Of a stretch of DNA of 64,000 bases, positions 49,869-63,062 are shown one piece after another (the first letter of the stretch is position 1; every line of letters begins with the position of its first letter). The translations under genes and the position numbers were made by a program. Source of the stretch: Podarcis muralis (Eukaryota). Below the pieces are notes generated by a model. That model was not told where the DNA came from and did no database searches. It saw only the letters and a program-made list of their open reading frames with translations. The stretch lies in NCBI RefSeq assembly GCF_964188315.1, contig NC_135658.1:103974001-104038000 (forward strand), in the 5' to 3' direction.

Positions 49869-52499
49869 CTCCCTCCCAAGTCATTTCCTCTACTACGAAA
49901 CATTTTTGTATATTAATTTATGTGTTTTAATGCACAACTTATTGTTGCCTATGCATTCTTGTACCCATTACTTGGCTGGAGAACTGTACTGGAAAATTTG
50001 GACAGATGCAAAATATTAAGGGTGGCTGTAATTTTTTGCATATTGTTTTGGAAAGTGTAAATGTGGTTGATTAGGCTTTAAATATGAACATAGTTGAATT
50101 TAAATCACTAGAAAGGTGGGATAGCCCAGCTCTCAATCTTGTTCATGTGTCTCAGCTGTGATGTGATATGAGATGTTGCTGCTTTGTGTGTGTGTGTGGT
50201 TGTTTCTGTATAGGCTCAATTACTGCGATTCTTCATCTTCAAAGAAAAAGCATGTAGAAATGGCATGAACGGGCCCTGAGATTGCAAAACAGAGGTATGA
50301 GCATGCCAGATTTATGTCTGTTTCCCTTCCTGGGAATCTGCTTTTAGTTTGTATTTCATTTCCAGTTCCTAATTAGGTGAAGTGACATATTAAGAGCCCA
50401 CAGTTGAGGGTGAAAAACAACAGCCTAATACTGCTGTGTTAAGCACACGACAGCTTGCTTTTTGCAAATATGTCTCCTTCTGGTGGTTTCAGTTCAGACA
50501 GAAGATGGCAGCTCTTCCTTACAGACGTCGGAGGTTGTGGATCATTTCCAGAAACCTGTCGGATTAGTTGGATCTGTTTCTTGTTTACAATGAGCTATGT
50601 ATACACTGACATTTTCTAAAATCCTGTGTACTTGATCTCAGACAATCATATCATATGAAACTCAAGACAATTATTTCTCCACAAAATACAATCGATGGAA
50701 GGAGGCGCTGTATTTTTTCCTGCCCTATTACTACTGCATTGTATCCTCTGGGGAAAAGGTACACTTCAGAAATCTGTTTCTGAATCCCGCTTTTCCTTGA
50801 TAGCTGTACTTCTCATAACAATGATGGACTTTCCTTAGTTTCCAGAAGCAATCTTGACTGAAATACTATGCAGTCATTTTTGTCCTTACACTTTTATGTT
50901 CTGTAACAAAAAGAACAGGGCAATCTAATATGCTTTGAAGGTGAATGGTAAATTATATGGATTAGCTTTCTTTTAGAGAGATGCTTCTGAAATCCTGTTT
51001 AAAGACTGTTAAAAAAAATTAAATACCAGCAATCAAGAATTCTTTAAAAAGCTAAATTATAATATGACTTTGAAACAAGATGTACTGGAATGTGTGGGAC
51101 TGAATATACTTTTGAAGGTGAATGCTACATTATAGGGCTTAGGCTTATTTTTTAAGGAAGTAGTGTTTTAAAAAAGATGTTATTAAAACCTATAATCAAG
51201 AACTTTACATATGCAAAGGGGGGGGGAATCTTGGGGCACAAAGCAGTAGGAAGTTCTCGTGTTATAGGGTTCCTGAAATGAAGAGGTTGTTCCCATTTGT
51301 TTCAATGGGGCTTATGAAACAGTGGACTGGGGATTCTGAACGTTGCAGTGGACTGGGGATTCTGAACACCATTAGCCTGCTTAACTTTCATTGACATCAG
51401 GGAACTAAGTCACATCAGGGAACTAACTGCACCCTCTAAAACTCAAAGGGAATGACTTAAGAGACAGATGAGATTCCTGAAGTTGCAAAAAACTTGGCTC
51501 AGCAATGAAGGGTGCCACACTGCATTAAATGTATATCACTTTCTCACCGAAATGCATTATTTGAAGTGGAACTTGATTTTTCAAGACTCATGTTACCATT
51601 TTCCACTTCTTTCTCAAGGCCAAATCACTAGAGAGGGGGAAATGTAAGGCATAAAATTACAAGGCTACAAGATGGAAAATGAAAGAAAGGCAACAAAAAG
51701 ATTTTGGCTTGTGAAGAGCCTAAGGGAACAATCATATACATAGAAGCTGGTGTAAAGCAAGGTGGTGTAAGTTAAGCTCACATAAAGTTATGCCAGACGC
51801 CTCCCCAAACCCCTCCTTGGTAAGCTGCTTGGGTACCACTCCGCTCCCTCCCATCCTCCTGCTTTCTCCTTCCCAGATTTATCACATACAAGATCCTACA
51901 CAACAGGAACCAGATGAAAGGGATGATGCCGCTGTTATACTGCACACAAACAATTCAGTTTTGCTGTATGAAGATGTCACTAAAGGAAAATAAAGACAAT
52001 GAGGCCAAGAGAGAAAATTAAACGTCTCCTCCCTTATTATTCCCCTAAAGCTTCATGAAGTGAGTGGGGTGGTGGAAGATGCTTTGTGCCACCCAGGATA
52101 AGTTAGGCACTGTCCAGTGTAGCATCATTGAGGGGTCTTTCCAGCTCCCCGGCCCTGACCTTGGAAAGCCTTCATGTTGCCTGAATGCTGCTGCTGAAGG
52201 GACACGAGAAGCTGAGAAGTTGCTGCTATGGCATTAGACTAACTTGTTCCTGGCTAATTTGAAGTAGACATATAAGTCGTGGCTAGGACCAAGCTGAAAC
52301 TGTTCAGACTCCCTTGCTATTTTTGCTACTGCCAGAAGGTGTAATGTTACTACCTCTATAGTAATGAAATGTTGTTTTGTTCTATGCTGTTACACATTCT
52401 TTGAGCATAATTTTTGTGTGTGGAAAGGTAGCATCCCAACAGTGATGACAATGATGATGATGATGCTATGGCATCTCTTATCAGGGGCAGAGCTGGGGC

Positions 52500-53610
52500 T
52501 ATTCTCAAAAACAAGTCATGCCAGACCAATCTGATTTCCATTTTTGATGGAATTACAAACATGGGAAATGCTGTGGTCATAGTGTATCTTGATTTCAGTA
52601 AGGTTTTGACGAAGTCCCCCATGATATTCTTATGTGGAAGCTGGTAAAATATGGGTTGAACGAGGTAACTGCTAGGTAGATTTGTAGCTGGTTGACTGGC
52701 CAAACCCAAAGACTGACCAAACCATTAATGGTTCCTCATCAACCTGGAAAAGGTGACAAGTGGGGCGCTGCAGGGTTCTGTCCCAGGCCCGTTATTATTT
52801 AGCGTCTTTTTAAATGACTTGGATGAAGGAATTGAAGGGATGCTCATCAAATTTGGAGATGACACCAAACTGGGAGGGGTAGCTAATGCCGCAGAAGACA
52901 GAATTATAATTCAAAATGACCATAACAAATTGGAGAATTGGGTGCAAGCTAACAAAAGGAAGTTCAATAAAGACAAATGTAAGGTTCTGCACTTAGGCAA
53001 GAAGAATCAGATGCACAAATATAGGATGCCAAACACCTGGCTTACTAGCAGTACATGTGAAAAGGATCAAGGGGTCTTGGTGACCACAGGCTTAACATGA
53101 GTCAACAGTGTGATGCAGCAGCAAAAAAGGCTTATTGTAGTCTAGGCTGCATCAACAGAAGTATAGTGTCTAGATCAAAGGAGGTAATAGTCCTGCTCTA
53201 TTTTGGCTTGGTCAGACCCCACCTAGAATACTGTGTCCAATTCTGGGCACCACAATTTAAGAAGGATGTTGACAAGCTGGAAGTTGAGCAGAGGAGGGCA
53301 ACCAAGATGTTCAAGGGTCTGGAAACCAAGCGCTTGAAGGAGCTGGGTATGTTTGGCCTGGAAAAGAGGAGACTGAGAGGAGATATGAAAGCCATCTTCA
53401 AATATCTTAAGGGCTATCACATGGAAGAGGGAACAAGCTTGTTTTCTCCTGCTCTTGAGGGTATGACTCAAGACTTCAAGTTATAAAAAAGGACTAAACA
53501 TTTGGAAAAACTTTCTGATGGTAAGAGCTGTTCAGCAGTGGAACAGACTCCTACAAGAGGTGGTGGACTCTCCTTCCTTGGAGCTTTTTAAACAGAGGTT
53601 AAATGGGGAT
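52500..53610 (+). mobile_element. CR1 LINE RT to C-terminus
   Basis: QGSVPGPLLFSVFLNDLDEGIEGMLIKFGDDTKLGG, KCKVLHLG, LVRPHLEYCVQFWAP, LEKRRLRGDM. Confidence 0.95.
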
Positions 53611-54830
53611 TCTGAGACTTGCTCCAATGGCCTTGGGATTCCGGTGTAGGGAAAGGATCCCACTTCAAAGTTTGTCCAAAGCTCTTTGGAGACTTGGGAG
53701 AGTCTTGAGACTTGGGGGAGGGGGAGTTGCACAAGTCATCTTCAACCAAGATATGGCCAATTGGGCACACACTCATATAGTTTTTGTGTTCAGGATTGGC
53801 TTGGCAGGTCAGAAAGAGGTGTCAAAGCCTCTGTCCACATAGCTTTCAGGTTTTAGCTGCAGATTGACTGTTACAAAGTTGTGACCTTAGTTACGGTAAC
53901 TCAATTTCATTGTCTTTATTTCTGGTTGTGGATGCAAATAATAAACATGTGTTTTCACAAGGAATAATGAACAACCCTCAAAGACATGTTGATGAAAAGT
54001 AATCACAAGTGAACACTTTTAGCTCATTCCTAGTTGGCCTTATCATTTGTTCTGTGGGTTTCTTGTTAGGCCAAGAAGCTACTTGCTTTGAGATGAAGTC
54101 ATGATTCTCATGTCTGAAGATGTGGTGTGTGCTAAGGTGATACACATTTTGTAAATTAAACCCCACAAAGCCTGCAACGTCTTTGTTAGTATATCCTTTA
54201 AAGTGCCTTTTGTTTGTTGGCTGCATGGAGATCAGCATTTAAGTTGATTTGTAATGATATTTTCTGCACTTACACAATGCAAATCCGTTTCATTATGCAC
54301 TGCTGGGGAGAAATGTTTGACAACAGAACTGTCCTTGATCTTGCTTTGGAATGCTATATCTGTATTTATTCCATTGTTCTGGGCTTATTGCAAAAATTTA
54401 ACACAATTTCATTTAGTGCATCTAGCACAAATTCCTTATAGACTCACTTCCTTACAGACAGCTATTTTTATTAACAATGGTACTACTGTACATAGGTTCC
54501 AAGTCATATCAATATAGATACAGTCTAGCTATATTTATTTGTAGTCTATATTTCCTGCCTTTTTGTTTTTTATCAGACACAAGAGGGCAGGGCAGCTAAG
54601 ATAACTGCTATTCTTCGATGCTCCTTTGCTCTGAACAAAGGCCATGATCCAGGCAAAGGAAACCACTGTTTAGTTCCATTGATTTCAATAAGAAAGTTCT
54701 GTATGCACTTAAATCTTTCCTGTCCATATCACTGAAACTTAAATGTGCTTGTCTTGCCTGAATCATCCCCTTACACTCTGCAGTGGGATGTTTCAAAAGC
54801 TGGTGACAAAAAGAGTGTTTCTATCTCATT

Positions 54831-55188
54831 GGGGACGTGGGTGGCGCTGTGGGTTAAACCACTGAGCCTAGGGCTTGCCGATCAGAAGGTTGGCGGTTCA
54901 AATCCCCGCGACGCAGTGAGCTCCCGTTGCTCAGTCCCTGCTCCTGCCAACCTAGCAGTTCGAAAGCACGTCAAAGTGCAAATAGATAAATAGGTACCGC
55001 TCTGGCGGGAAGGTAAACGGCATTTCCGTGCGCTGCTCTGGTTCCCCAGAAGCGGTTTAGTCATGCTGGCCACATGACCCAGAAGCTGTACGCCGGCTCC
55101 CTCGGCCAGTAAAGCAAGATGAGCGCTGCAACCCCAGAGTCGGCCACGACTGGACCTAACGATCAGGGGTCCCTTTACCTTTACCTTT
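54831..55188 (+). mobile_element. Sauria SINE, full length
   Basis: Head, body and tail. TSD tatctcatt at 54822-54830 and 55189-55197. Confidence 0.95.
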
Positions 55189-55541
55189 TATCTCATTTAT
55201 TTATTTTATTTTTCATGGGCTATCTATAACATGTTCTCTGAGTGACAAATGCATTAAAATTATTTAAAGCAAAAATGATAGAAATACAGTATACTAAAAA
55301 TCACGGAAGTAAGAACCAGCACAATACTACAATTAATGAGGTGTTAGGGGAGAGGCAGTACCTCTGGTGGGGGACAATTTGTACTCCTTCTGGGGTAGTT
55401 TGCCCACCTTTGGTTCCCAACCTGCACTCCACTCTCACCTGTGGCTCCTAGAAGCATGTGAAGCAGCCACACTCTTTGCGGCTTATAGAAGGCAGGGGAA
55501 GGCAGTGGGGTGGAGTGGGGTGGCTGGCACTGTGCCTCAGC

Positions 55542-55700
55542 CAGTGGCGTAGCGTGGGGGGTGTAGGGGGGGCCGGCCGCACCGGGCGCAACATCTGGGG
55601 TTAGGGCAAATCCATGGGTTAGGGGGGCGCAAATCCATGGGTTAGGGGGCGCAAATTACTTGCCTTGCCCCGGGTGCTGACAACCCACGCTATGCCACTG
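55542..55700. mobile_element. hAT MITE, 159 bp
   Basis: TIR cagtggcgtagcgtggg / cccacgctatgccactg (16/17). 8-bp TSD gcctcagc at 55534-55541 and 55701-55708. Confidence 0.92.
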
Positions 55701-55924
55701 GCCTCAGCCCCTGCCCCTCTCCACTCATTCCTGGTAGGCCACAGTGAGATCAGGTGCCCCCCACCCCTCCTTACTAGCTGTTCCTGTCTACCATAGCTAT
55801 TGAAGCCCTTGGAAAAAGCTAAACCCCAGTTCTGCTGGCATCTATGCTGCATGCCAGGTGCTGGAGTGGGGAGAGAGCTCCCTCCCTCTGACGTCTTGCC
55901 ATTAGACCAGCAATGAAGTGAAGA

Positions 55925-56118
55925 GGGCTGTCAAGGGCTGCTGGCCACCAGGGCTCTGCTCTGCCTCTGCAGTTGGGGGAGGCAATGCTTCCAAATACCA
56001 GTTGTGAAAACCAGAGGAGGGGGGCTCAAATGTTTCCCACAGACGTCTGGTTGGCCGCTCTGAGAGTGTGAGAGTGTTGGACGAGAGGGGCCATTGGCCT
56101 GATCCAGCAGGCTCATTG
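55925..56118 (+). mobile_element. CR1-type 3' UTR fragment
   Basis: gtctggttggcc...ggccattggcctgatccagcaggctc tail. Confidence 0.55.
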
Positions 56119-57859
56119 TGTGCTGTTAAGTGTGGTAGGAGGCAAGGGGTCTAAGGGTGAGGACGGTGAAAGAGTTGAACGTCTCTGCATTGTATTAAAA
56201 TCCTAACCAGAGAAGAATTTGAGAGTTAAAATGTTATTACAATCCACTGAGATTCGTATTTCCAAGCCAGGAAATCTGAATCTCAGAGGCATCTCTCTTC
56301 TTACACATTTCCAATATTCATTCTGAATGGTGTGCCACAACTATCAGAAGTTTAGGAAGCACTGCTTTAGAGGTCTAGTGCACATTTATTAATCAAAGCC
56401 GATATTTGAAATGTGTTTTATATCCTGTGGAAATTAGACCCATTATTTGAAGCAATTATCACTTCCCTGGATTGACAGCCTGAGCGCCAACTCCAAGTGA
56501 TAAGAATGTTTTGGATTTTATTACAATAACAAAAGTGCTAGTCTCTCCCCCCCCCCCCGCTCCCCTGTCCTTTTCTGTCTTCAATCTTGAGTATCTCCAT
56601 AAAGCTCCAGGGTCAGAAGGCTTGAAATGCTCAGTAATTTCAGTGTTCTCTGTTTCGCCATTGCAACTATCAGATATCTCAGCAAGAAGCCCATAATAAG
56701 AAGCAAATGCAGGATTCTTTGTGTAGATTAATGGGAGCGAGACCAAATATAAATTCTAAAAAGCCAAATAAGCTTGGAGTAGACATAAAGAATGAAGATC
56801 GATGTTTACAGGTCCCTGACACTTACTGCAGCTTAAAGAAAGTATAAATGGCTTTCTTTTGTATTTTATTTTATTCATAAAGCCACCATTGATCTAATAA
56901 ATTATTATTATGTTTAACATGTATTTAATTAACTCCTCTAAAAAGTGACAAGTCACATTTTGTTAAAACTTCTTTCATATTCTTTTGCACAATTATCTAA
57001 AAATTATAAATCATTTTTATTAGTTAATACTCAAAATCTCATGCATATCCAATATAATTATTAACACCAATCCATTTACCGGTTCATTTAACTCTGGCTG
57101 TGCACAATTATGTGTGACATTTTAAAAAAAGAAGCAGCTCCATTTTCATAATGATACCATCATTATTTGTCTCAAGATCAACAAAAGATTTATTCTTTTT
57201 AATTCTATTGCTTATCTTTCCAATGTCTAGCTTGTAAGGATAAGAGAAGCCAGATGGTAATGGGGAATATAGCTTTGGCAGGCTATATAATTGCCACTCG
57301 TAAATTGTTTTTGGTTTCAGATGTTCCCTGTATTACAAAGGGGTGACAAAAGAAAACCATCCAAGGGAAGAAAATAAAAAGGAAGCACTTCTTTAAAGGT
57401 AACAAATTTGATCTCTTGAGGTTTCAAGTAACAAGGCTGCATTTGCAGTGCATTGCTTGATCCAGGATCAAGTGTTCTCAAAACAACAATAGAGACCAGG
57501 ATGGAGGCATGCCTAAAGGCTAGTTTGTTCCCAGCGGGATTCTTGACTTCCCCCCTCTTTCAACAGCAAACCTGAATGCCATATCACAAAGTGCTTTTGA
57601 AACTCCCCCTCGCTTTCCAAAGCTGTTTGTCGTGTGGCACCTGGGAGAAGGACTGCTGTTAACAAGACAAGAGTGCTTTTGGTGTTTGGAACTAGACCAC
57701 CAGCACACAACCCATGTCTGAGTTGCTTCCCCATGCTGCGATCCCAGAAAACTGCAATAACTAGCAAGTTGAGTAAGGAGACGACATGGTGACTTTGACT
57801 GGGTAGGTTGTTCCTGCCAAATTGCCGTCTTTGTTGGACCGTTGCCATATGTATTTGCT

Positions 57860-58605
57860 TGGCGAGTTCCCGCTCCCCACCAAGGATAAATAAAGACATG
57901 AGACACCATAATTTAAGGTTAAATGGGCGAATTAGGCCACAACTTTATTGAATTCAGGAATGAGAGGCATTGGCTTAGGCATTGGTCCTATCGACTATCC
58001 GGCTCCAGCCCATTTGCTGGAGACACGGGAAGGGTTAACACCATAGAGGGGGAGTCTCCTGCTGAGGCACATCAACTAGGAGCTCCCCCGGGTCACCGCT
58101 CGGGGGCGTACCTTTGGCCCACACCTCCATAGGCTTCGGACAGGGCCACGCCCCCCGGAGTCCTTTATCGGACCACCCTTCATTCACTGGGGGGAGGTGA
58201 TGGCGTTCCTCCCCCCCCCATCCTCTTAATCCCTTCTTACCAATGCCTAACCGCCAATGCCGAGGAGTTGTGAAGAGTTGCTATGAGGTAGGCGAAAAAC
58301 CAAAAGGCTGTAAATTGCCGATTGGGAAAAAATTCCTACCATGCCCCTTGCGGCGACAGACCGAAGTCCATAGCAAAGTCAGAAACCTACCTAAAGGGAG
58401 GGAGGGTGGGAAAATGTGGGGGCTAGCCAGCAAGAGAGGATGAGCCTGGCCGCGCCGGCCCTAAATAGGGCAGGCCCCACCCCCCCAGCCACCCGATTGG
58501 CTGGCTGTGGGGAACAACGTGGCCGGGATTCCCCTGCTCTCGCGGGGGCTGAAACCAGCCCCCGCTCACGTGGGGTGGGCGTGAAGCCCGCAACCCCACC
58601 TCCTG
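57860..58605 (-). mobile_element. CpG-rich solo-LTR-like element
   Basis: Minus strand order: ccaatc, tatttag box, aataaagttgtggcc, U5-like gtgtctcatgtctttattt, ending ctcgcca. The termini and TSD are ambiguous (tgct is possible). Confidence 0.55.
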
Positions 58606-59389
58606 CTCAGGTTCAGAAGTGGCTTTATTAGGAGTTTAAAAAAAAAAAACAGTTACACAGATGTTGATAAAATACTTCTTTTAAAACTGAACTCACTTAG
58701 ATTTCCTTCCAGATACATACTTCTATGAAGGTCTTGTCTTGAATCCATCCATTGAATCTTGCCCTGAATTTTGCTTATATACTAGATTTGTGTTCCCTTT
58801 TCCTCCCCCCCCCACTGAAATCGGAAATGGTGCCCCCCCCCCAGAGAAGACAGGCGGGGGAAGTGCCCTATATGAGATCAAAATTGGTGTCCCCCACCTC
58901 CCGCCTTCTGTTCAGCTCAACTCACTATGTCATAGTTGTGATGCCCTGTGGCCCCCCTGGACTAGGTGTCCAGTGTGGTGGAACCAGTTGTGCTGCCCCA
59001 AATCCACCTCTGAGCCAGGCATTACTAACACTCTTTGCAGGGGTCAGAATTCAAGCCTCTAAAAATGAAGGGCCAAACAAGACTTACACAATTCTTTCCC
59101 CACAGTGTTCTTGGTGCACTTTTCATACATTATCTGAATAATCCATGTATGGAATCTGCAAGGCAGAACACTTCTCATGCTCATTTATTCTTACAGGTCA
59201 ACACATGCCAGAGTATGAAATATTCAGCTAGTTGAGAGAAAAATACAGATGTATGTTTCATGGCAGGTTTGGTACAAATATGGATCTTGTATTCCATTAT
59301 ATATGTTGTACACCACTCACTCAAGCCTTCTATGATTATTTCACTATCTTGCAATTTTATTCTTCCTTTTTATGACTGCTCTTACTTTA

Positions 59390-59433
59390 AACAAACAAAC
59401 AAACAAACAAACAAACAAACAAACAAACAAACA
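59390..59433. repeat. (AAAC)n microsatellite
   Basis: Visible. Confidence 0.95.
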
Positions 59434-59916
59434 GACCATCTAGTCTTGCAATTGCTTCAACACATTCTTTCTTCACCAGCTGGGTTGCAAGAAATGGCTG
59501 TATATTACTAAGATACATTGCCTGCGATTTTAGGGAGGATCCAAATAAACAGCTGCTCAGTAAAAACTGGCACAGGCATTATTAGAGAAGTCTTACCTAT
59601 GCAGATATCTGTTTCTGTGCGTGGCCTCAGATGAGTCTGAAGGACAGCTGCCAGCAGTGTAGGGAATAATGGGCTAGATAGACCAGGGGTCTGACTTCCG
59701 GTGTTCCCATGAGCACCTTGGAGGAGGGTTCTCATGAAGGCTGGGACAAAACTCACCTCGCCCAGTTTCCCCAAAATATTTTCCCTCTGCAAAACCAGAT
59801 TTTTGTTTGTTTCTGAGAAGGTTACAGCTTACCTCATTTAACCTTACAGGATAGGTGACTGAGGGTGTTCCATTCTCCCATTTGCTTTTTTAACAGCTCA
59901 CAACTGGGGAAAGCTT

Positions 59917-60731
59917 TCTTTTTTCTTTTTAAATGATATTTATTACTTTTCCAACATTTTCAACACAAGACTACAAACAAACAAAAAAGAAAAGAAAAAG
60001 AACAATACAAATACAATACAAAAACACTACATAACACCAACACATTAAACTAACAAAACAAAGCAAAAACAAACAAAAACAGTTTTAAAACACCTCAAAC
60101 ATTTTCAATATCTTATCTTTCATTCGCTTATTTCCAACGACCTCCTCACACCTCCCTTTTTGTATTCCACTTCTATTAATTGTTTCAGCAATTCCTTTCC
60201 ATCTTCCTCTGTTTTCTATCCTATAATTATCTTAACACATTCTTGCCTTATTTTTTCCTTTAATTTTCTATTAATCTATTTATACTTAATTCCTTATAAC
60301 ATTTCTACTAAAGCCATATAACTTCATTCCAACATTCTTCTAACATTCATTAATTTTACAATATTTCTATAAATAGTCTTTAGACTTTTCCCAGTCTTCT
60401 TCCACCGACTCTTCTCCCTGGTCTCGGATCTTGCCAGTCATTTCCGCCAATTCCATATAGTCCATCAACTTCGTCTGCCATTATCCAACACTTCAGTGTT
60501 TTCAAGAAGCAGCCATTCTCTCAACCAGCAAAAAGCAGATGGTTCACAACAAAGTTTAGGGGTCTGGCAGGGCAAGTCCACCTCCTTCTTTGGCTCCGTC
60601 AATATCTTAAATTTTACTCGAGGCTTCCTGCCCTGCCAAACAAATCTAGAAACATCCCTCTGCCGCCTCCTGAAACAATCCATCCCATCCAAAGCTTGCA
60701 ATGTTTGAAACAAAAGCAACATCCCCAGCAA
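59917..60731 (-). mobile_element. L1-clade LINE, 5'-truncated and internally deleted
   Basis: Minus strand: MLLLFQTLQ...FVWQGRKPRVKFKILT...WLREWLLLEN joined to WQTKLMDYMELAEMTGKIRDQ, then 3' UTR, aataaa and A-tail. 18-bp TSD cacaactggggaaagctt at 59899-59916 and 60732-60749. Confidence 0.9.
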
Positions 60732-63016
60732 CACAACTGGGGAAAGCTTCCACCACAGCTTCCTCCTAGCTGCATATCCAGGAATGTCTTGGGAGGGACA
60801 TGACATGAAAGCATTGCTGAAAGGGTGGCCAGGAGAAAGCTCTTGAGAGAGCCTTATCCCAATGTGAGCAGTGCAGAACTTTAAAAACATTTTAAAAGCA
60901 AGGAAAACTTGGGAAACCCGTGACTGCATCGAAAGTTTAAGTAAGATAAATAGTACCCCGCTGCCTAAAACTTCGTAACAATTTCCCCTGAGCTTTCAGG
61001 AGGGTTTCATTTCAGCCTCATCCACTCAACAATTGTGTTTTTTGTTTGTTTTTGTTTTAAGGAAAAAAAGATTCTATTTCTCAGAGAAATAGAATATCTT
61101 GTCTTTCTCTGCAAGATACAGACTTTTTCATCATGGAGGAGATGTGGTCTTCTGCAGGGACCCTCTCCCAAGGGTGCTGGAGATATAAACTGCTAAATTT
61201 CAGACCCGGTGCAGATGTTGTTTGAATGGGCGAAAACAACTACTCAAATGAATGGTTCACTCATTTATTACATTCATAAGTGGCACCACTGTTAAAACAC
61301 TTTTCATTCAAGCACCTCCTGTACTATATTCCCAAGTACATTCCATTCCATTGTATAATGTTTAGATCCAATTTATTTTTAAAAAATTACTACCATATAT
61401 CATTTCCCCCCTCTGACTTCAAGAATAAATGTGTACTAAGTTGGGCATGTACACTACAGGCAGCGAAAGAGGAGAAGGGGAAAGTTGTTTCCCTGTAGGC
61501 ACAAAAGCTACTTCAGCTTTTAAGAACAGTCTTGAATTCAAATGCCAGGGAGGTGGTGTTTTTAAAGTATAATTCTGTAGTGTTTGGATTCTGAGGAGAA
61601 GTCTGAGTACTGTGAGTCCCAAAATGTCAGCACACAGGCTTAAATAGATGACTTCGATTTTGTATTACTGACTGCAGGTACAGTAGTAAATCCTTCTTTA
61701 CCTCCAGGGGGCCAGAATGGTCTCAAGGATGTGAAGCCATGACTAATTCTCTCCATCTCTTTCCTTCTCTTTATGGGTGCATAGATAAAGTATTGCACAG
61801 CTACCATTAATGCCTTGATCTCGGATCACTGTTTACAGTGGAGGATCTTGAGTCACTATGTTTATGATGGAAGCTGGTGAACCTTAGGATTTAGGTTGGG
61901 TTTACAATGAACACCTGTGGCAGCACTCAGCACCAGCAGTGATAGCACAGAGCAGTCAGCAATATGGCACATCCATTTCAAAATCGTCAAAAGTCCCCAC
62001 AAATCCTGCTATTGTGAAAGCACTTTAGTGAGCCTTCAAGATAATACAAATCTCTTCTGTGATGGTGGGTGTTCATGTCCCATGTGCCAGTTCACACAAT
62101 TGCTTCTTTCATAAAATCCCCTCTGGGTCACCAGCCTCTTGGGGGCACCAGATACTCTCCAATATGATCCCATGATGGAAGTTGCAGACAGATCATACAA
62201 TACAGGGCAGGCACTAATGTTTGTCCTAGCATGGTTAAGAGGAAATAATCTGTTAATTCCCAGGTGGATAAATGTTTTGAAAGGTTTGAGTGTGTTGAAA
62301 GCAATTTGGCCTTATCTACCAGACTCCTTTGTAAAGTCTACCTTTGAGTGGGACAACTCCTATAATTTATGGGCTTCTTGAACCAGCCCTGACCACTAGT
62401 ATTCTCATTCAAAGCTTCCCCCAAGTGTTAGAAGCATAGGGTAGGATTCACCTAACACAGCCTGCCAGCAGAAGGTCTGCATGAGAACACCCACTTTTGC
62501 ATTGGGGATTTCACCCTCCTTTCCCAATGTGCTTCCTGCACATTAGCCTGGGGGCAGGGTGTCATGAAAACATCCAGAATAGCATGCTGGGAGAGGAAAG
62601 GGTGGGTTGTTCCATTTGGCAAACTGCAATGCTTGTACAGACGAACATTCAGAAGAGCATGATGTTGAATATCGGACCTTTCCTTCAGTCCAACATGGCT
62701 TTTAGGTTCTTAGAGCACACTTTCAGTTGTACTCCCTGTCTCCTAAACCATTCTGTCTTTCTTTTTACTAAAGATTAGCTAAACATCTTAATTAATTCTA
62801 GCTAAACAGTTATCACTTAGCAAAAGCTCCTGACCAGGTTACATTATTACTTAATGAGGAAATTACTCTAAAGCTGTTAACAGCGCTACAGAGCTCCCCA
62901 TGGGGTAAGCTGTGAATTTCTCCTCACAAGAAGATTCAGAGAAGCCAGATGGGCCTTTCAGGGGGAAATGCTTCCAGACCTTAGCCTGGCAGCAGCATCA
63001 GGGCTTGTCTACTCTG

Positions 63017-63020
<4 letters not shown>

Positions 63021-63061
<41 letters not shown>

Positions 63062-63062
63062 A
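63021..63062. repeat. (TG)n microsatellite
   Basis: Visible. Confidence 0.95.

Noticed and set aside
5243-55188. Strand bias of Sauria SINEs (5 of 6 on plus)
   Set aside because: Six copies is too few, and the pattern is compatible with chance.
57320-61860. Several AG...GT segments tested as downstream exons for the 50695 signal-peptide candidate
   Set aside because: Phase-1 readings hit stops (e.g. DVPCITKG*, DKVLHSYH*), so no coherent gene model emerges.
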